Source of the DNA: a virus
Taxonomy: Duplodnaviria; Caudoviricetes
DNA length: 64,000 nt
Strand: one strand, 5' to 3'
IMG/VR virus record: IMGVR_UViG_3300042868_003477
Location: 1,458-65,457 of that record
Of this stretch, positions 8,920 to 17,685 are shown piece after piece. The translations under genes were made by a program, and so were the position numbers. Within the stretch, counting starts at the first letter, position 1. Each line of letters opens with the position of its first letter. A model generated the notes under the pieces. That model was not told the DNA's origin and made no database searches. It saw nothing but the letters and a program-made list of their open reading frames with translations.

Positions 8920-9323
8920 CAGAAAATGAAATGACAGGCCTTCTTCTTAAGTTGGCTGATCTTGGTATTACTGGTGTTAAAGTACATTATGATGGTGGAG
9001 GAGACTCCGGTTCCATAGAAAGAATTGGATATACTAGAGTAAAGTGTGATACTCCAGAAGATGTAGATGATGAAGTAGATACTTGGGATGTAGAATCAAA
9101 TTTAGCTGATTTAGATTCAAGTGCTTATTCTTTAATTGAAGATTTTGCACAAGAAACTATTCTTAATGATATAGAAGACTGGTGGAATAATGAAGGTGGT
9201 TTTGGAGATTTATCTATATGTGTTCCTTCAGGAAAATACATTATTAATAATCATATAAATATTACTCACACTGAAGATTATACTCATGAAGGTAGTTTAT
9301 TAAATAAAACAGAAAATGACTGA
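8916..9323 (+). CDS. DUF6878-like acidic protein
   Basis: V.YDGGGDSGSIE and WWNNEGGFG motifs, recalled as DUF6878-like. Confidence 0.55.
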   Translation: MTENEMTGLLLKLADLGITGVKVHYDGGGDSGSIERIGYTRVKCDTPEDVDDEVDTWDVESNLADLDSSAYSLIEDFAQETILNDIEDWWNNEGGFGDLSICVPSGKYIINNHINITHTEDYTHEGSLLNKTEND

Positions 9324-9501
9324 AGAAAAAAAAGCTGATGAACTGTATAATTATGCACGTGTTCTACATGGAACTGAAAAAGCTAAAGAAGAAGCTTTAA
9401 ACACAGCTAAAGCAACTTATGCTTTAGCACCATTTAGAGATGGTAGAATGAAAGCTAGAAGTTACTGGGAAAGAGTTATTGAATATTTAAAAAAGAAGTA
9501 A
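9316..9501 (+). CDS. hypothetical protein
   Basis: 61-aa coupled ORF. Confidence 0.65.
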   Translation: MTEEKKADELYNYARVLHGTEKAKEEALNTAKATYALAPFRDGRMKARSYWERVIEYLKKK

Positions 9502-9668
9502 TGGAAGATTTTGAAGATTGGTTAGAGGACTTAGAGACTCAAACATTAACAGATGAATTAAAAAGAGAAATACTTGAAAAAGTAGAAATTTTATATGAAG
9601 ATTCTTATGGTTTAGGTTATGCTGAAGCAAATCATGAGATTATTGACCTTTTAACATCCAGGTTGTAA
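9501..9668 (+). CDS. small acidic hypothetical protein (55 aa)
   Basis: Not in the ORF track; TAATG coupling at both ends; MEDFEDWLEDLETQTLTDELKREILEKV... Confidence 0.65.
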   Translation: MEDFEDWLEDLETQTLTDELKREILEKVEILYEDSYGLGYAEANHEIIDLLTSRL

Positions 9669-10015
9669 TGGCACATCCTTTAGAACATTGTAAAACATCA
9701 GTAAGAAAATGGAAAGGTCAAGTATCTGATTATCAGGCTATTCATGAATGGTTAGATGAAACTAAAGCCTGGATTGGCCATAGTATGCATAGAATGTTCC
9801 GTCACCATAGTGAAGGTATATTTGAATGTGAAAGAGTATTTGGAAAGAGTTTCATAAATGCTGATGGTAAAACTGTATACACAAGATATGTTGCAGAACA
9901 GCATGTCAAAGAGGATTGCAACAATTACATTCCAACAGCAAAGGAATGGGTGGATATGATTGCAAGTGGTAAGCCTGAGAAATGGGCAATTAAAACACTA
10001 AAAATTGAAGACTAA
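9668..10015 (+). CDS. DUF6915-like His-rich protein
   Basis: MAHP..H..S.RKW.G...DY.AIH.W.D..K...HR..RHH.EGIF..E..FG...EQHVKED...IPT. Confidence 0.65.
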   Translation: MAHPLEHCKTSVRKWKGQVSDYQAIHEWLDETKAWIGHSMHRMFRHHSEGIFECERVFGKSFINADGKTVYTRYVAEQHVKEDCNNYIPTAKEWVDMIASGKPEKWAIKTLKIED

Positions 10016-10206
10016 TGGATAGAGTAGAACAAATTAAAGAAAAAGTAGAAGCTTTAGTTAATGAAGCTATAGAGCTGTTAGAAGCTAATTATGATATGGA
10101 TAGTGCTAAGTTTAATAATCCTGCATACATGACTATGATGGATTTAAACAGTGCCTTAATGGAACTAGATTGTTTAGATGATGAAGACTTAAAAATAGAA
10201 GACTAA
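10015..10206 (+). CDS. small acidic hypothetical protein
   Basis: 63-aa ORF flanked by junction repeats. Confidence 0.65.
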   Translation: MDRVEQIKEKVEALVNEAIELLEANYDMDSAKFNNPAYMTMMDLNSALMELDCLDDEDLKIED

Positions 10207-10526
10207 TGGAAAGTGTAAAAATTAATGACCAAAATATTAAAGTGGTCTTTTCAAATGAAAATGGGTCAGGTGAGTTACCTCTAGAAATGGGACTCCTACT
10301 AAGTAAAGAAGGAGATAAGAAAGTAATTACAGTTACTTTAGATCCAAAGTTAACTACAACTGAAGATTCTTTTATGGGAGCTGTTTATATGGATACTTTA
10401 AATATATTAATGAAAGTAAAAGAATCATTTGATAGTGGTGAGGGTTATCAAGGATTGCATATATTAACTAGAGCAGAGTATAAAGAATATGTAACAATAG
10501 TATTGGGACATAAACTTAAAGACTAA
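10206..10526 (+). CDS. hypothetical protein
   Basis: 106-aa TAATG-coupled ORF. Confidence 0.7.
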   Translation: MESVKINDQNIKVVFSNENGSGELPLEMGLLLSKEGDKKVITVTLDPKLTTTEDSFMGAVYMDTLNILMKVKESFDSGEGYQGLHILTRAEYKEYVTIVLGHKLKD

Positions 10527-10822
10527 TGGAAGACATAATACAAATAACACATGAAAGTTTGTTAGAAAATGACTGGAAATCTGATGATATAAAAAATCAG
10601 AAGTATAACCATGCTTTTTATCCAAATATAATATTATTTCTGACTAAGGATTATGGTATTGATAATAATTATATGATAAAGTTATTGTCAACACCGGATC
10701 GTGGAGAAACTGTAAGTTTAAATATAAACTGTATAACTATCAATGATTTAGCAGGACTTGCCCATTTATTTCATAAAGTAAGTGCTGTGGGTTTAATTAA
10801 AAGACTATTGATAAATTATTAA
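10526..10822 (+). CDS. hypothetical protein
   Basis: 98-aa TAATG-coupled ORF. Confidence 0.7.
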   Translation: MEDIIQITHESLLENDWKSDDIKNQKYNHAFYPNIILFLTKDYGIDNNYMIKLLSTPDRGETVSLNINCITINDLAGLAHLFHKVSAVGLIKRLLINY

Positions 10823-10833
10823 ATAGAAGACTG

Positions 10834-11235
10834 ATGAGTAAATTAAAATTTGACAAAGAAGAAACAAAGAATTTATTAAACATGCTAAAGTCAAGTGATT
10901 CTGAGAATCATACTATAGCATTCCAAGCATTGAATAATGCTGATCTTAAAAATTATAAAGGTGAGCTACTTGTATTATACAAGTTCTCTAAGTTAGGAAA
11001 AACAACTTGGGAAAAAGAAGCTCCTAAAGCATACAAAACACTTAGTAAAGATTCTATCTTCAGTGAAGAGGGATTAACTAGTGGTAAGTGTTTATCACTT
11101 ATGACTTCAAATAACTCTAGTAAAGATTCAATAGAATTGTTTTTAGAGAATTTTGTAGTAGACATGGTTGGATTCTTAGGACAACTAGGATACCCAGCTG
11201 ATAAATTTGACATAAATATTAAACTAAAAAACTAA
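10834..11235 (+). CDS. hypothetical protein with SSDxxN module, upstream of VWA/MoxR
   Basis: KEETKNLLNMLKSSDSENHTIAFQAL; coupled to the VWA gene. Confidence 0.75.
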   Translation: MSKLKFDKEETKNLLNMLKSSDSENHTIAFQALNNADLKNYKGELLVLYKFSKLGKTTWEKEAPKAYKTLSKDSIFSEEGLTSGKCLSLMTSNNSSKDSIELFLENFVVDMVGFLGQLGYPADKFDINIKLKN

Positions 11236-12539
11236 TGGACAAAGTTCAGAGTTTAAGTAAAGCAAGCAAAGACTTAATGTTGAAGGAGCCCTATTACGGG
11301 TTCTTTCTCATTATGTTGAATAAGCTTTGGGACAATAAGAGAGTACCAACAGCAGGAGTTAGTAAGAATGGTATTAATTATCAGCTTGCTATTAATTCTG
11401 ATTTTTGGGAAGAACTTAATGATGACCAAAGACTTGGAATTTTAAAACATGAATTGCTTCATATTGCATTTGGACATCTTACTACTTTCTTTAAGTTTAG
11501 TGATAGAAGATTAGCAAATGTTGCAATGGACATGGAGATTAATCAGTATATTGAAAGTTCTTGGCTTCCAGGAGGGGAATATTCTGCAGAAGAATATAAA
11601 ACTATTAAAGAAGCTGTAGAAACTGAAATAGCAGAAGCTAGAGAAAGAGATGCTCCTCAAGAAGAATTACTAGAGATTAGTAAAAAGCTTCCGGGTAGAG
11701 GTATTTTCATTGAGGACTATGAAGATATGAATCTAGATCTTAAAGCTGGTTGTAGATATTACTATGATAAACTTAAAGAGTTTAAAGATCAGAAAGACCA
11801 AAAGGGTACTTGTGGTAATGATGCAATGGATGAATTACTAGATAATATAGATTCTGGTAATGTTCCTGATCATAGTACTTGGGAAGACTTTGAAGATCTT
11901 ACTGAAGCTGAGCAAAAATTAATTGAAAAACAGTTACAGAAAGTATTATCTGATGCTAAAGAACAAACTGTTAAAAAGCGCGGTAATGTTCCTGGAGAGA
12001 TAGAAGGAGTAATTGTTATTGAAGAAATAGTAGCACCTAAATTTGACTGGAGAGGCTTCATTAGAAGATTTACTGGTGTAAGTACTAAAGTATTTACTAA
12101 GAAGATCAGAAGAAAGGAAAACAAGAGATTTGATGCTAATCCTGGTCTTAAAGTAAAGATGAGACAACATATGTTGTTGGCTATTGATACTTCAGGTTCT
12201 GTAAGTGATAATGAGCTTAGAGAATTTATGGGAGAGATGCATCATATTTATAAATGCGGTGTTGATATTACTGTTGTACAATGTGATACAAGTATCAGAT
12301 CAATTGAACCTTACAAAGGTAAATTTGAGATGTCTGTATTAGGCCGTGGAGGAACGGAATTTGATCCTGTCCTAGAATATTTTAATGAAAACCTGAAGAA
12401 ATATACTAGTCTTGTATATTTTACTGATGGTGAATGTAGTACATCTGTAAGACCAAAAGGAAATATCCTATGGGTTTTGTCAGAACAATCTTATATGAAT
12501 GAAAGTTTACCCGGTAAAGTAATTAAATTAGAACTATAA
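11235..12539 (+). CDS. DUF2201-type metallopeptidase-like + VWA domain protein
   Basis: HELLH (HExxH); MIDAS DTSGS; GRGGT; FTDG. Confidence 0.88.
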   Translation: MDKVQSLSKASKDLMLKEPYYGFFLIMLNKLWDNKRVPTAGVSKNGINYQLAINSDFWEELNDDQRLGILKHELLHIAFGHLTTFFKFSDRRLANVAMDMEINQYIESSWLPGGEYSAEEYKTIKEAVETEIAEARERDAPQEELLEISKKLPGRGIFIEDYEDMNLDLKAGCRYYYDKLKEFKDQKDQKGTCGNDAMDELLDNIDSGNVPDHSTWEDFEDLTEAEQKLIEKQLQKVLSDAKEQTVKKRGNVPGEIEGVIVIEEIVAPKFDWRGFIRRFTGVSTKVFTKKIRRKENKRFDANPGLKVKMRQHMLLAIDTSGSVSDNELREFMGEMHHIYKCGVDITVVQCDTSIRSIEPYKGKFEMSVLGRGGTEFDPVLEYFNENLKKYTSLVYFTDGECSTSVRPKGNILWVLSEQSYMNESLPGKVIKLEL

Positions 12540-12550
12540 AAAAGAAAAAG

Positions 12551-12970
12551 ATGAGTCAAGTACAATTAAATGTAGAAGAGTTAAAGAATTTTATTAAGCA
12601 CATGGTTGCTAATAACCAACACATCCAAGCTGAAGGTAAAGTTCCTGTAGCTGTAAATATTGAAGGTGATGCTGGTTTGGGTAAAACTTCTGCTATCATG
12701 CAGTTGGGTAAAGAAATGAATATGGAAGTTGTAAAACTGAATTTATCTCAGTTAGAAGAATTAGGTGACTTAGTAGGTTTTCCTGTAAAAGAATTTCAGA
12801 TATCAAATGCAGATGGTAAAACTACTTGGATTAATGAATCTCAGATATCTGCAGCAAGTGCTAAAGGATACAAAGTTGTAGCAAAGAGAATGTCACATGC
12901 TGCTCCTGAATGGATTCAAGGTAAAGGTGAAGGTGGTTTCTTAATCTTAGATGACTATACTCGTGCGGAT
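12551..12970 (+). CDS. MoxR-type AAA+ ATPase, exon 1
   Basis: Walker A GDAGLGKT, GDLVGFP, Walker B FLILDD, ending YTRAD at the splice site (spliced product 389 aa). Confidence 0.9.
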
Positions 12971-13014
12971 TAACAAAATATGCAGTCTAGTAGTGTTAGT
13001 GTGAATAATTTAAG

Positions 13015-13022
13015 TATCTTTG
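13015..13022 (+). promoter_or_regulatory. intron-internal -7 element TATCTTTG
   Basis: Perfect TAnnTTTG 4 nt before the endonuclease ATG (13027). Confidence 0.55.
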
Positions 13023-13026
13023 TGAT

Positions 13027-13776
13027 ATGGAAAAATTAAACACACAAACTCTTAAGACAGCATTAAAGAGTATAGGAATCTATAAAATTAAAATTAATGA
13101 TAAAGAGTACATTGGTAGCTCTTGTAATATTGGTCATAGATTAAAACACCACTTGTGGTCTCTTGAAAATTTAAAACATCATAATAGAACAATGCAAAAC
13201 TTATACAATAAGTATGGTAAAGAAGAAATTTACTTTACTATTGTAGAAACATGTTCTGATGATATTTTAATAGAAAGAGAAGCTTATTATATTAGTACAA
13301 TTAATCCTTATATAAATCACATATTAGATCCTCAAACTTTAGTTAGAGATAATGTGTATAAACAAAGGATAAGTGTAGCTAAGAAAAAAGCTTATGCAAA
13401 TGGTTTAAAACCTCATAATCTTAAAGCAGTACATAAATATTCACTTGACAAAGGTGAGTATTTAGAAAGTTTTGAATCTTTTACAGCTGCTGCTAAATCT
13501 ATTAATGCTAAAAGTATTAACGGTATAAAAGCAGTTTGTAAAGGTAAAACAACTTCTGCAGGAGGATTTATATGGAACTTTAACTTATATGAATATGTTC
13601 CTTATAGAATGAAAAAGTATAAGTTAGAACCAGTATTACAATATACTAATGATAATATTTTTATCAAAGAATGGGAGTCTATAACTGAAGCAAGTAATGA
13701 ACTTGGTATCTCTAATATTAATAGAGCAATATCTAAGAAATTAACTGCTGGAGGTTATAGATGGAAAAAAGCATAA
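13027..13776 (+). CDS. intron-encoded GIY-YIG homing endonuclease with two NUMOD1-like DNA-binding repeats
   Basis: GIYKI...YIGSS, HHN, ERE; repeats V.kY..dge.l..fES...Aa....I...ck.K..sAGGF.W. Confidence 0.9.
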   Translation: MEKLNTQTLKTALKSIGIYKIKINDKEYIGSSCNIGHRLKHHLWSLENLKHHNRTMQNLYNKYGKEEIYFTIVETCSDDILIEREAYYISTINPYINHILDPQTLVRDNVYKQRISVAKKKAYANGLKPHNLKAVHKYSLDKGEYLESFESFTAAAKSINAKSINGIKAVCKGKTTSAGGFIWNFNLYEYVPYRMKKYKLEPVLQYTNDNIFIKEWESITEASNELGISNINRAISKKLTAGGYRWKKA

Positions 13777-14018
13777 AGCGGATGGTCCGCAATAAATTCC
13801 GTGAATTCAGGGAAACTCCAGAGATGGACAATCCTGAGCCAAGCCTTATAGGAATATAAGGAAGGTGCAACGACTAGTGTATGGAGTCTAGAACAGACAG
13901 TAAAACACCAAGAGCGCGGAACACATAGAAATATGTGATGATATAGTCTGACCTGTAGATATAATCTAAAAGAAACTACAGAATCATAGGATAAAGAGCC
14001 TATGAGTTAACAATAATG

Positions 14019-14768
14019 CAACGCTTTATGCAAGCAACAATGGAAATCTTAGATAGACAAGAATATGTATCATGGAAACTACCTAAGAACTGGCATGTTA
14101 TCTTAACTACTAATCCAGACAATGGTGATTACAATGTAACTTCTTTGGATGTTGCTCAGAAGACAAGATTTATCTCTGTTGAGTTAAAATATGATTCTGA
14201 TGTATGGGCTAAGTGGGCAGAGAAAGCACAGATTGATGGTAGATGTATCAACTTTATGTTAATGCATCCAGAACTTGTAACTCAAAGAGTAAATCCAAGA
14301 TCTATTACTACATTCTTTAATGGTATTAGTTCTATTCCTAAGTTTGAAGATAGCTTACCTCTAATTCAAATGATTGGTGAGGGTTCTGTTGGTGTAGACT
14401 TTAGTTCTATGTTTACTATGTTCATTAACAACAAGTTAGACAAGATTATCTCACCTGAAGATACACTTACTAAAGATGAAGCATATGTAATGGGAGCTTT
14501 ATCCAATGCTGTAGGTAGAGATGATGACTTTAGAGCTGACATATCTAGTGTAATTGCAACAAGATTAATTAATTATTCATTAGTATTTGCAAACACTAAA
14601 CCTGTTCCTGCAGCTATGACTCAAAGATTAATCAAACTTACAACAGACTGTGATGCATTTACAGATGACCTTAGATATTATATTATCAAAGAGATTGTTA
14701 ATGGAAACAAAGTTAAGTTTGCTCCATTGATGCAGAACAAAGACGTGGTGAAGATGGCTGTTAAGTAA
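14019..14768 (+). CDS. MoxR-type AAA+ ATPase, exon 2
   Basis: ILTTNP (sensor 1), LDVAQKTRF (Arg finger), NPRS. Confidence 0.9.
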   Translation, partial: QRFMQATMEILDRQEYVSWKLPKNWHVILTTNPDNGDYNVTSLDVAQKTRFISVELKYDSDVWAKWAEKAQIDGRCINFMLMHPELVTQRVNPRSITTFFNGISSIPKFEDSLPLIQMIGEGSVGVDFSSMFTMFINNKLDKIISPEDTLTKDEAYVMGALSNAVGRDDDFRADISSVIATRLINYSLVFANTKPVPAAMTQRLIKLTTDCDAFTDDLRYYIIKEIVNGNKVKFAPLMQNKDVVKMAVK

Positions 14769-14787
14769 TTTAAGTATAAACAAATAT

Positions 14788-14812
14788 AAGGGGGGATAAT
14801 ACTCCCCTTTTT
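14788..14812 (+). terminator. intrinsic terminator
   Basis: AAGGGGGG-ataata-CTCCCCTT stem plus T run after the ATPase gene. Confidence 0.75.
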
Positions 14813-14824
14813 AAATTTTATTCT

Positions 14825-16114
14825 ATGAAAATGTATTTAAAACTTGAAGTTGATGCACATTCAACAGAGGTAGTTTTTAAATTAGAACCAATGTTTTGTT
14901 TAGATGATAGAAATGAACTATTATTAGAAAACAGAATTAATGAGTATTTACCAGCAAAAGGAGATAAACTTTATTTCTTAGATGGTGTAAATGTCCCAAG
15001 AATTAAGCTTAAAGATTTAGCTTTACAATATGGTATAAAAACAGTTAGAGATCTAAAAGATGCAACTCATATATTTGCTAGTAAGAACACACAAGCAAAA
15101 ATATGTGATGGAAATTGGATGTATTCACTAAGAACAGAAGATTTTAAAGCTATCTGTGATGATACTAATATCCGTATAGATGATAGATATAGAGAAAATA
15201 TTAGAGAAGCTTTAGAAAATTATACAGAAGATAGACTTCTATTTAATTATGAGATGGCTGGTCAAATAAGACATGGTGATAATGATGCATTATGTGAGCA
15301 TGCTGATAAAATTATCACATCAAATATGTACTATAGTGTTGATTCAGACTATATGAAGTTATCTGAAATAATTTCTACTAATGCTATATATGATGAGTCT
15401 GCAATCTTAAAACATATTAATGGTGATGATGCTACTATTATAGATGAAACTATGTATGAGCAAATACACCAAATGTTTGAAAGTTCTGATAAAGACAATC
15501 ATATCTTAGCAATGGAGATTATGGCTAATTCTAATTATACTGAATCTTTATTATATTTAGAAATGTTGTTTAAAGAACATAGTACTGCTATGGGTAACTG
15601 TCATACTAGAAATCATGTAAACTTTAAATCTTTAGTTAACTATCTAGGTAAAAACAAAACTTATTTAAGTACTAGTTTAGATGCTGTTGTAAGATCTCTT
15701 ATTGACAAGCAAGTAATTACAAAAGATATGATGGATGTTTTAATGCGAAGATATGCTGATGAAATTGCTGATGGTGGAGATTCAACTTATTTTAAAGTTA
15801 AAACTATAACTCTTCATGAAGATTTACTTAAGTCTCTGAATGTTAATTACACTTATCAACATGTTGAAGAGTTCACTCCAGAAGGTGATACAGAGCTGGT
15901 TGATGTGCAAAATGAATCTGCACAGGTAGAAGACATAGCTGATGAAGATATAGAAGATGCATTTACAGTAATTGAGAGAAATGAACTCAAGTCAGAGTTA
16001 ATAGCATTAGAAAAAGCAAATCCAGTTTCCGAATCTGAGTTAAATAAAGAATTAGAAGAATCACATAACCATAACATAACACAAACAAATGATACAGACT
16101 TTGATTGGTTCTGA
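14825..16114 (+). CDS. hypothetical protein: BRCT-like N-terminal region, SSDxxN module, acidic tail ending DFDWF
   Basis: LYFLDGVNVPRIKLKDLALQYGIKTVRDLKDATHIF resembles a BRCT beta-alpha-beta; QMFESSDKDNHILAMEIM. Confidence 0.6.
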   Translation: MKMYLKLEVDAHSTEVVFKLEPMFCLDDRNELLLENRINEYLPAKGDKLYFLDGVNVPRIKLKDLALQYGIKTVRDLKDATHIFASKNTQAKICDGNWMYSLRTEDFKAICDDTNIRIDDRYRENIREALENYTEDRLLFNYEMAGQIRHGDNDALCEHADKIITSNMYYSVDSDYMKLSEIISTNAIYDESAILKHINGDDATIIDETMYEQIHQMFESSDKDNHILAMEIMANSNYTESLLYLEMLFKEHSTAMGNCHTRNHVNFKSLVNYLGKNKTYLSTSLDAVVRSLIDKQVITKDMMDVLMRRYADEIADGGDSTYFKVKTITLHEDLLKSLNVNYTYQHVEEFTPEGDTELVDVQNESAQVEDIADEDIEDAFTVIERNELKSELIALEKANPVSESELNKELEESHNHNITQTNDTDFDWF

Positions 16115-17093
16115 TGAACTAGAGTTGTTTTATAAGAAGAAGTTTTATTTTAGTTATAGTGGTATTAATAAACTCTTGTTTTCACCAGGGTTATTTTATA
16201 ATCATTATATCTTAAATAATAGAGAAGATAGTACTGATACTCACTTAGTTGCAGGTAGAGTATTACACTGTCTTTTACTGGAGCCTGATAATTATGATAA
16301 GCAATTCATAACTATGCCAGGTAAGTTTCCAACAGATAGTCAGAAAAAAATTATTGATACCCTTTTCAAACAACATTTAGTTATTGGAAATGATACATTA
16401 GATTTATCTGATTACTCTAATGATATACTTACACAGTTAGTTACTAATAACTTATATCAAACACTTAAGACAGATCAGCAAAGACTAGACAAAGTTCTTA
16501 CAGAAGAAAACAAAGAATATTTTGAATTTCTTAAGAAAAGTTTAAATAAAACTGTAGTAGATCAGACAATATTGGATGGCTGCAATATTTCAGTTGAAAT
16601 ACTACGGCAGAATATTCAAGTAAGAGCTTTGTTACAATTAGATCCTGATGACCAAGATGATTCAGTAAAGGTTTATAATGAGTTGCATCTAAAAACTGAT
16701 ACTGAAACATTACCATTTGGTTTTCACGGAGTATTAGATAATGTAGTTGTTGATCACAATTCAAAAACTATCTTTATTAATGACTTAAAGACACTAGGTA
16801 AGTCAATACAAGATTTTCCAGATTCTGTTGAGTATTATAAATACTGGATTCAAGCAGTAATTTATGTTATGTTAGCAAAAAAAGAATTTGCAATTGACAA
16901 AGATTGGGCTGTTCAAGTTACTTTTATAGTAATTGATAAATACAATTTAGTTTACCCTTACCAAGTGTCTAAAGCAACACTAACTCAATGGGAGTCAAAT
17001 TTTGAAGAAGTAGTAAAAACTATTAAGTGGCACTATGAAAACAAAAGATATGACTTACCATATGAATTAGCATTAGGTAATGTAAAACTGTAA
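16089..17093 (+). CDS. PD-(D/E)XK exonuclease (RecB/Exo VIII-like)
   Basis: FSYSGI, GRVLHCLLLEP, GVLDNV...INDLKT, YWIQAVIY. Confidence 0.85.
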   Translation: MIQTLIGSDELELFYKKKFYFSYSGINKLLFSPGLFYNHYILNNREDSTDTHLVAGRVLHCLLLEPDNYDKQFITMPGKFPTDSQKKIIDTLFKQHLVIGNDTLDLSDYSNDILTQLVTNNLYQTLKTDQQRLDKVLTEENKEYFEFLKKSLNKTVVDQTILDGCNISVEILRQNIQVRALLQLDPDDQDDSVKVYNELHLKTDTETLPFGFHGVLDNVVVDHNSKTIFINDLKTLGKSIQDFPDSVEYYKYWIQAVIYVMLAKKEFAIDKDWAVQVTFIVIDKYNLVYPYQVSKATLTQWESNFEEVVKTIKWHYENKRYDLPYELALGNVKL

Positions 17094-17097
17094 AATT

Positions 17098-17673
17098 ATG
17101 GGTTTAAACGCGCTTTATACAAAGTACTTTCAAAAGTCTAAGATATTTTTATATCCTGTCTTAGATATTAAAAAGGGAACTAATGTTGTACCTTCTGAAA
17201 CTTATTTCAGTTGGAGTACAAGATATACTCCCGAGGATATGAAGCTAGTATGTGTTTATAATACACCTAATACACCAACCTTTTTGCATTTTGAGAAACA
17301 AATTCTCTTAAAGCATAACAGGTTGTGTGACTATTATAAGGTAGATAGTACAACTAGCATATATGTATTTGATTTTTCTGATTTAAAATCTGATTGGCAC
17401 CATGTATTAAATGGTGCTTATAGTAAAATCAATAGTAATCTAAAGCGCACAATACTAAGTTATTTCAAAGATAATACAGCAAATGTAATTTATATAACTA
17501 GCTATTTACATCCTGAAAAGTATTTTTCTGATTATGCAGATATATTGGCTGTAGATATAAAACTCCTTCAAGAAGTAGGAGAATTATGTAATAAACCTGA
17601 TATGGAAAAAGAAAAATTATTAATTGATGTGGAAAATCTTGAGTCAATTCAAGATTCTAAATTATCTTTGTAA
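17098..17673 (+). CDS. hypothetical protein
   Basis: 191-aa ORF directly after the nuclease. Confidence 0.75.
   Translation: MGLNALYTKYFQKSKIFLYPVLDIKKGTNVVPSETYFSWSTRYTPEDMKLVCVYNTPNTPTFLHFEKQILLKHNRLCDYYKVDSTTSIYVFDFSDLKSDWHHVLNGAYSKINSNLKRTILSYFKDNTANVIYITSYLHPEKYFSDYADILAVDIKLLQEVGELCNKPDMEKEKLLIDVENLESIQDSKLSL
17638..17670 (+). promoter_or_regulatory. Bacteroidetes sigma-70 promoter
   Basis: CTTG (17638-41), 21-nt spacer, TATCTTTG (17663-70), 15 nt before ATG 17686. Confidence 0.6.
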
Positions 17674-17685
17674 AAAAATCCAACA

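Larger units (their letters stand above)
9999..10836 (+). repeat. dispersed gene-junction repeat (T)AAAAT(A/T)GAAGACTAATGGA
   Basis: Copies at 9999-10019 and 10190-10210 (20/21 identical), partial copies at 10519-10531 and 10820-10836; each at a gene junction. Confidence 0.7.
12971..14018 (+). mobile_element. group I intron (IA-like) in the MoxR ATPase gene, with GIY-YIG endonuclease in the P1 loop
   Basis: Exon TGCGGAT pairs with IGS GTCCGCA (13785-13791). P AATTCAGGGAAAC 13804, Q AATCCTGAGC 13830, R GTGCAACGACTA 13865, P3 TTCCGTG/CGCGGAA, S GATATAGTCT 13940, terminal G 14018. Splicing gives DDYTRAD|QRFMQA. Confidence 0.93.

Noticed and set aside
14016-14018. Independent ATG start for the second half of the MoxR ATPase
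   Set aside because: The G at 14018 fits the intron's terminal G, and the half protein would lack both Walker motifs.
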